Source: Octopus vulgaris
Taxonomy: Eukaryota
Reading direction: 5' to 3'
NCBI GenBank assembly: GCA_951406725.2
Contig: OX597827.1
Location: forward strand, 744,001-808,000
Length of the DNA: 64,000 bases
Positions 58,022 through 64,000 of this stretch are shown in pieces. Under the pieces are notes generated by a model. The model searched no databases. It was not told the origin of the DNA and saw only the letters and a program-made list of their open reading frames with translations. The position numbers and the translations under genes are program-made. Each line of letters opens with the position of its first letter. The first letter of the stretch is position 1.

Positions 58022-58432
58022 TTTATAATTAGGGTTCAGCAAATATTTGCTTCACCACATACCGAAGTTTAGAAATAGCAGTCAAAAAATCTTAGCTATT
58101 CCTTCTACTGTTAGGTGGAGAGATATTTTCCAGTGCCTTCGAATTTAATATTTAATATTCGAGGAATCCCACGCTGATGAGTCGAAAATGGTCGGGTAAA
58201 GTATAATTCTTTATTCTTTGTACCGATCTAATTCCGAAACGCGCGTACGTGGGTAACCTAATATCGATTGATTTTCGTTATTTTCCCCCTTTGCCTGCGT
58301 GGATTGTTTTCAAGTACTTTGGGTTTTCTGGGAGTCCCTTTTAAAGTAGAAGGAATAGCTAAGATTTTTTGACTGCTATTTCTAAACTTCGGTATGTGGT
58401 GAAGCAAATCTTTGCTGAACCCTATTTATAAA
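58022..58432. repeat. 88-bp inverted repeat enclosing a hammerhead ribozyme
   Basis: Arms 58022-58109 and 58345-58432, two mismatches; element bounded by (TA)n tracts. Confidence 0.9.
58168..58253 (+). ncRNA. type I hammerhead ribozyme
   Basis: cccacg-CTGATGA-(long helix II)-GAAAC-gcgc-GTA^cgtggg; perfect 6-bp helix I, palindromic helix III. Confidence 0.85.
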
Positions 58433-58818
58433 ATATTACTTAAGCTTACCATGAAATGGTCTTTTCCATGCCGAATTCTACTTGGTGAAATTACTGATTA
58501 CTTCTTAATTAATTAATTTTACCCTTTGTTATTATATATATATATATATGTATATGTATTTGAATCCACAAGAGTAAATAAGAGAGACAGAGACATGCGG
58601 AAACAAGGAAAATGCCCTTCGCATTTGAATACTATACAAATATTCTTTTAAAAAACTTTTCTTTTCATTTTTCCAAAATTTAATTGCTTTCCATTCTTAC
58701 AGTTGAAAAAGTCTCAATGACTGAAACCGGTACAGAAAGTTTTTTTATAAAATTAATTTAGCATTCTCTACCTTGACTTTTTTCCATATATATCAACTCG
58801 TGTGTTCCTTTTCGATCT

Positions 58819-58951
<133 letters not shown>

Positions 58952-59193
58952 AATGTTTGTTTTTAAGTTCTGTTATCATAAGAACAATTTCAAATCAATC
59001 CCAACGGTTACTCTACACATTTACAGAGTACAAAATTATTATTCTTAAACAAGAATATTATTGACAGTAACTTTGAAGTTTCGACCGGCAAACCCATCGT
59101 CGTAGTGTATATATATATATATATCTAACACACACATACGCACACTCACTCACACACACACACGCACACAAATGTACGTATATTTTTTTTGTG

Positions 59194-59224
<31 letters not shown>

Positions 59225-59409
59225 GTGTGTGTGTGTGTGTAATTTAAAAATAGGATAAAATCTTCATAAGAATTTATCAAGTATTTAGCGTGAAAAACCT
59301 CATAAGAGAAAAAATCCATCAATTTTTTTCACTTAAATAGATATTTATTTTTTTGACTTTAAGAGACCCTAGCGTGTGGCACTTAATGTGTAATAATGCC
59401 CTCTATATA

Positions 59410-59441
<32 letters not shown>

Positions 59442-59558
59442 ATATATTTCCTGAGCGCCATACTAATACAATTGTTTGTTTGTATTCCACCTGCCTTCGT
59501 CTTTTGTTTATTTCCGTAAACCTGCCTTCGTCTTTTGTCTATTTTCATAAAGCTTCCC

Positions 59559-59619
<61 letters not shown>

Positions 59620-59622
<3 letters not shown>

Positions 59623-60400
59623 GAGATGACCTGTAAGTGGACAACTATTATGCTAGAAGAACATCCGCTATAGTCTTACTACTAAGAAAGGAATGTTCTT
59701 AAGAAAATTTAGCAAACGCCAGAACGTAAGCGACCGAGACAAGTGAAAATATACAAAATACAGATTAATCACAAACTAAGTTTCGTTGTTAACGCTTACG
59801 TAATCATTTACGTAATTATCCGCAACTCATCAGTGTGATCGTCTTTGCAAATATAATTTTCAGAACAATACACGAGATGTTCGCATGAGATTAAACATGT
59901 ATACAGTTCTACCAATTAAAATTGGGGTCATTTTCACCCTTTCTGTTTAGAAATAATACCACAGATGAGTGCACACTAACTAATTATTCCATCAACGACT
60001 TCAAGGCCTTGAAGGCCTTCGTGGTATACGAAGTAGTCTGCAGTTAGTGCGAGGTATCTATCAGGAAACTGCACGTTCGAATCAACGTATCTGCAGGGAC
60101 ACTTCAATGAAAAATAAAATCACCTACAAAACTGCCTGACCCAGGATTTTAAGGTATCACTCAGGGCCACTCAACGCAATAGAGGCAATATCCGTATCAT
60201 GGATCCCCTCCTTGTCAACGAACTGAGACCAGTCATAAAATAACAGAAAAGAGCTACTTGAGGCAGATTGGTTACTATGGCAACACCAGTCTGTACTTGT
60301 AACCTTCCTCCCCCCTTACCCCACACCTCTGAGCAACGACCTTTTCCTATTCTTCGTTTGCCCAAATGACCTGAAGAAGGGGTCACAACCCATCTTCTCG
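59620..60400 (+). mobile_element. Penelope-like element 3' remnant (GIY-YIG endonuclease)
   Basis: FVVYEVVCS*CE..IRKLHVRI...HLQNC..QDFKV...IRIMDPLLVNELRPVI; truncated hammerhead tgac-CTGAAGA..gtca at 60367-60385. Confidence 0.65.
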
Positions 60401-60485
60401 ATATCTTCTTACATTGCTCCTGCCTTACTCAATAAGTCACTTTCATGTAATACCACACAATGCATCACCAAAACTACTCCATTTT

Positions 60486-60540
<55 letters not shown>

Positions 60541-60553
60541 GTGTATATATATG

Positions 60554-60587
<34 letters not shown>

Positions 60588-60896
60588 TGCAGATAATTTA
60601 TATGTATGTGTGTATGTGTGTGTTTGTGTATGTGTGTGCGTATATACATGCATGCATGAACATACACATGCATACGCAAACAAAATTATCTATCTATCAA
60701 TTATGCTATCTATCTATCTGTCTGTCTGTTTGTCTGACTGACTATCTCTCCATCTTTCTGTCTATGCATCTATTCTCACTTCATTCCTCAATGATTCTCT
60801 CAAGACACTCTAGATACTTCACGTTTTGGAAATCTTTAGAACTCTATCACACATATTACACTTTTTTTTCTTTTATCACACTAATTCTCTTCCCCG

Positions 60897-60952
<56 letters not shown>

Positions 60953-61284
60953 CTTTCCCCTCCCCTGTTTTATATATACCTGCTGCACTCTATTTCTCTT
61001 AACGAAATTCTCTTCCCTCGTCTGTTCTTATTTCTCATCCTATTCCTCTACATCATATATCTCTAACCAGACTCCAGCTCCATCTGTTGGCAGCAGTCCA
61101 AAGCTATCACTGGCAGCTTTGGCGAGAGAGACTTGGGAGAATTTTACGTAAAACTCTCATCAATAATTTATGAAAGAATCTCCAATGTTTCCATACTTCT
61201 GTTGTTCCAGTGGCAGTTATTTTCAAACTTTATATACAACTGTAGGAGTTGTAGTACACAAAATACAAACACCGAACAAATAAC

Positions 61285-61353
<69 letters not shown>

Positions 61354-61878
61354 ACACACACTCATACATACACACATACATACATACATACATACATACA
61401 TACATACATACATACATCATGCATACATACATACATACATACATACATGAGTACGTGTGTGTCTGTGTGTATGTATGTCTGTATATCTATATATTTATAT
61501 GTATATGCATGTATATATATATATATATAAATATATATATCTACATATGTGTGTTTGTTTGAATTTATCTATCTATCACTCTATCTACCTGTCTATCTAT
61601 ATATGCCCCCCCCCACACACACACATAACGCGCACGCGTACTTACGAACACAACACACACAGACACATACACACCTCAGGGAACGTAATACTTTGACCAG
61701 GAAATCAGCAATTGAAAAAATAATTCGGTGTTAAATGCAGAGCATACGGCGCATATTTAATCGTGTCTTAAAACTTGTAAATTGCTTCGGCTATGGAGAG
61801 GCTTCTTCAGAGATGAATTTTTCTCTGAAGTGCGTTTTTCGTAACCAAAATACTTCGTATATTGTAAGAAATGCTTGA

Positions 61879-61909
<31 letters not shown>

Positions 61910-61979
61910 TGTATGTATGTATGTATGTATGTATGTATGTATGTATGTATATGTGCGTGTTTATGTGTGTATATATGTA

Positions 61980-62050
<71 letters not shown>

Positions 62051-62186
62051 ATATATATATATATATATATATATGCAAGTACCAAATCCAATTTAAACAG
62101 TAGATACAACTCTGTGGTTGTTTTTTGAAATTTATAACTATTTCTTCATGTATATCTATCTATATATATATATATATGTTTGTGTG

Positions 62187-62515
62187 TATTGGGTCATGCC
62201 ATAAATAATGCCGTTTTGTTTTCAATCGCATGAACTTGGAGGGGGACGGGATAAACTACCTGCATCAACTTGCTATAAAAGCAGGTAGTAACTTTACCTT
62301 GTCATTATTCTTTGTGCAAGTTTTGAAGAGAGTTCGATTTTAACAGTTATTTTTTCAAAGCTATAATAGAAGTGACAAAGGAGCATACTTGGCATATTTT
62401 GCTTTATGAGTTCAATAAAGGCAACAATGCAACAGAAAGTGCGAGGAATATTAATGGAGTATATGGAGATCGGACAATAATCATAAGCCGGTGTCAACAG
62501 TGGTTCCAGAAATGT
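62187..62515 (+). mobile_element. mariner 5' fragment, followed by a SINE A piece (62515-62640)
   Basis: TA-ttgggtcatgccataaataatg terminus; HILLYEFNKGNNATESARNINGVYGD...CQQWFQK Mos1-like HTH. Confidence 0.85.
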
Positions 62516-62830
62516 ATTTGTGTGTCTGTGTTTGTCGCCCCACCATCGCTTGACGACCGAGTGTATAAAAAGCATATTCTTTCATACGTTTCAGCCCAAA
62601 TGCCCTTGCCATGCTGGGGCACCACCAGTGTAGTCGTCTTTTGAATGGCCATCCCTATGCTATTGTCTTTTGGTGAAAGAGGAAGTTTAACACCGCTGCC
62701 CTCTTTTGAGTTTCCTGCCGTGATATAGGTTCAAATGCACCCCAGGGACTCAAGTTGCTTCTTGAAAACATACCCATCCTCCATGAATATCCCTCAAATG
62801 TTTTGGCAAAGCATTGAACGCACACATACG

Positions 62831-62945
<115 letters not shown>

Positions 62946-64000
62946 GCACACACTCAGATGCATTTATATATTATTTGATTCTCTGTCTGAAGAATTTCTG
63001 ACAGTAGATATCTTACATGTTTTTCCTACATGTACAAATTTGTAATTCCTATCAGTAAATGAAACATGTATAATGGTGAATAAATAATACCCAAAACTTT
63101 TCCCATCCTCTCGGTTTTACATGTATGTATGTATGCATATACATACGTACAAGCATGTGTGTGTGTGAGTTTGTGCACATGAAGATAATATAAGGATTCC
63201 TATTCGTATATATCAAGACTGGCAAGATGAAGCTGGGATTAGCGTTTAATGACGTTTTATCTTAAACAAATAGAATACAGCTGTCCAACAGTGCACGTTC
63301 TGTTCTGGTTTGCATAATTCTTTGTTCCTTTAAACATAGATACACATATATGCATGCGCACACATACACAGGCATATACATGTATATATGCATAAATATG
63401 TTTTCATTTGGGAACTTATGGTATTTGTAATGTTTGAGCTCAGGTAACGATACCAAATGCTCCGTGCAATATGAGAACGTTTAAATAAAATAAAGTTTGG
63501 ATTAACCCATAGCATTACTCTGAACATTGGTATCTTCTTTTATGTAATATACTGCTCCAGTAAAACCACTTTCGTTTAATGCTTCCATATATTGGTATAC
63601 TGCAGTATGAAAAACAAAGGCCTTACCAAAAGAGAAAGACGTTATTCGTTTGCTGATGTCTCATCGAAACTGAGTGGTTCGGGGTCATACGGATTGACAA
63701 TAATGTTTCGCTGGTTTTTCTATGCAAATATAATATCATTAGCATCGCTGATTTTAAAGTGACATTCCAAATATTCGCAAAACTGTGATTATGATCAACT
63801 GTAATTTAATTCTTTAAATGTAAATATGAAGTATTTTGTAAATCTAAAGTATGTACGTTCATAACGGTACAAATTATTAACCTATCGTCTCGGTACAAGC
63901 CACCCTGCAAGATGGTAATAGTGGTGATAATGACAATGATTGTAGTGGTGGTGGTGGTGATGGTGATGGTGATTGTAGTGGTGGTGGTGGTGGTGGTGAT

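Noticed and set aside
63607-63762. 51-aa ORF MKNKGLTKRERRYSF...
   Set aside because: Short, with no recognised homology or splice support

Overview
AT-rich, microsatellite-saturated animal DNA. The SINE families and repeat landscape point to an Octopus-like coleoid cephalopod (inference). Nearly all ORFs in the supplied track are simple-repeat artefacts, and no intact recognisable host gene was found. The window is mostly decayed transposons: mariner, Tigger/pogo, a Tc2-like MITE, MULE, hAT and piggyBac-like MITEs, R4/Dong-type and RTE LINE fragments, Penelope-like remnants, and several tRNA-derived SINE families. It also holds a U6 snRNA pseudogene. The most striking signal is about 10 hammerhead ribozyme (HHR) cores from several unrelated short Penelope-like families, mostly next to (TA)n tracts. 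Three sit in fold-back inverted-repeat cassettes (15571-15920, 49501-49813, 58022-58432), and several have an unusually long helix II. A second candidate is a unique exon-like block at 13342-13774, where a splice donor and two stop codons lie inside predicted RNA stems, suggesting structure- or editing-controlled splicing or readthrough. All structures were read by eye; no folding or database search was run.
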